Assembly: GCA_041694835.1 (NCBI GenBank)
Contig: JBGFRZ010000065.1
Span: forward strand, 1 to 17,455
Length of the DNA: 17,455 nucleotides
From: Ignavibacteria bacterium
GTDB taxonomy: Bacteria; Elusimicrobiota; Endomicrobiia; PHAN01
Direction: 5' to 3'
A program made the position numbers and the translations under genes. The notes under the pieces are model-generated. The model did not search any database and had not been told where the DNA came from. It saw nothing but the letters and a program-made list of their open reading frames with translations. Positions 16,909 through 17,455 of this stretch are shown piece after piece (position 1 is the stretch's first letter; each line of letters opens with the position of its first letter).

Positions 16909-17111
16909 ATATCAATGCAAAGCAAGAAAAACTTAAAGCGGAGTTGAACCTTGCTACGAAATCACTCAATAAATCTGCTCTCAGGATAGAGAACATATAC
17001 AGAAAAGTAGTTGATTTTGCATATTCTCTCTACGGTAAAAGAGGCAGCGAGTTAAAAAAACTCGGAATTGAACCCTGGCAAAAAGGTGGAAGACGAAGAA
17101 AATCAGTATAA
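16884..17111 (+). pseudogene. Start-less 3' fragment of a helical hypothetical protein
   Basis: Open frame RKELETYIDINAKQEKLKAELNLATKSLN...YSLYGKRGSELKKLGIEPWQKGGRRRKSV* overlaps the end of the flavoprotein gene. It has no ATG or RBS. Confidence 0.45.
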
Positions 17112-17186
17112 CAATTAAGCTCAGGGGTGCTTTCTTAAAGTATTCGTGTAACTTGCTGTTTTAGAGGTGTAACTTGCTCTGGTATT

Positions 17187-17220
17187 GACCCGCGTTAGAT
17201 AGTAAACATCTAACGGGGTC
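17187..17220. repeat. Miniature palindromic element
   Basis: GACCCGCGTTAGAT 17187-17200 / ATCTAACGGGGTC 17208-17220; one bulged base and a 7-nt loop. Confidence 0.7.
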
Positions 17221-17277
17221 TACAAACTATACGGTCTAACTGAAAATGAAATAAAAATCGTTGAAGGTAGAAAATGA
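17218..17277 (+). pseudogene. C-terminal remnant of a Type IIG restriction-modification protein, copy 2
   Basis: VYKLYGLTENEIKIVEGRK*; 40/48 nt identical to 15105-15152. Confidence 0.7.
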
Positions 17278-17335
17278 AACTTGCAAAACGTTTTGATAAC
17301 CAGTTTGCCGAAGTAGTAAAGATGATTCATCAGGC
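17274..17335 (+). pseudogene. 5' stub resembling a DUF1016 (YhcG-like) N-terminus, interrupted by an IS
   Basis: MKLAKRFDNQFAEVVKMIHQA, then the IS terminal repeat at 17336. ATGA overlap with the RM tail. The family call rests on only about 20 aa. Confidence 0.45.
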
Positions 17336-17455
17336 TGGGGTGTACCCCTTTGACTGTACAAAAGAATTAGTATTGTGCTGACAAGGCATTGAGATTGTTT
17401 TTATAGTTGGCTTCAAACTCGTTCGGAGTCAAGTAACCCAAGGACGAGTGAAGCC
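17336..17455 (-). mobile_element. IS3-family insertion sequence, right end (partial)
   Basis: Minus-strand frame (R)LHSSLGYLTPNEFEANYKNNLNALSAQY* with stop at 17367-69, the IS3 OrfB C-terminal motif. Terminal repeat TGGGGTGTACCCCTTTGACTGTACA starts with TG at 17336. Confidence 0.85.

Noticed and set aside
12341-17178. CRISPR array
   Set aside because: There are no 23-47 bp repeats with regular unique spacers and no cas genes. The repeats are short-period or inverted.
1-17455. Taxonomic assignment (gene content and repeat style suggested an Elusimicrobiota-like anaerobe)
   Set aside because: Impression only; there is no marker gene in the window and no search was possible.

Overview
Bacterial chromosome segment, probably from an anaerobe. 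All complete genes lie on the + strand. Positions 257-8412 hold a complete mannose-class PTS (IIA, IIB, IIC, IID, HPr, enzyme I) split by two GH57 alpha-glucan enzymes: a branching-enzyme type and an amylase/4-alpha-glucanotransferase type. Positions 8528-14456 form a C1/methyl-transfer block: yjbQ, an HPS-RraA fusion, a MesB-like core methionine synthase, a 5' stub of pfkA, acsE and fhs. From about 14460 to the end is an AT-richer, decaying accessory region. It contains a TA-flanked MITE, a cupin pseudogene, an integron-like cassette array with no integrase in view (two full attC sites and one half site), two homologous restriction-modification C-terminal tails bracketing that array, and a DUF1016-like stub cut by an IS3-family element. 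Periodic 7-10 bp repeat arms and REP-like hairpins occur at many gene junctions, one inside a coding sequence. All family assignments come from motif recognition by eye; no database searches were run.
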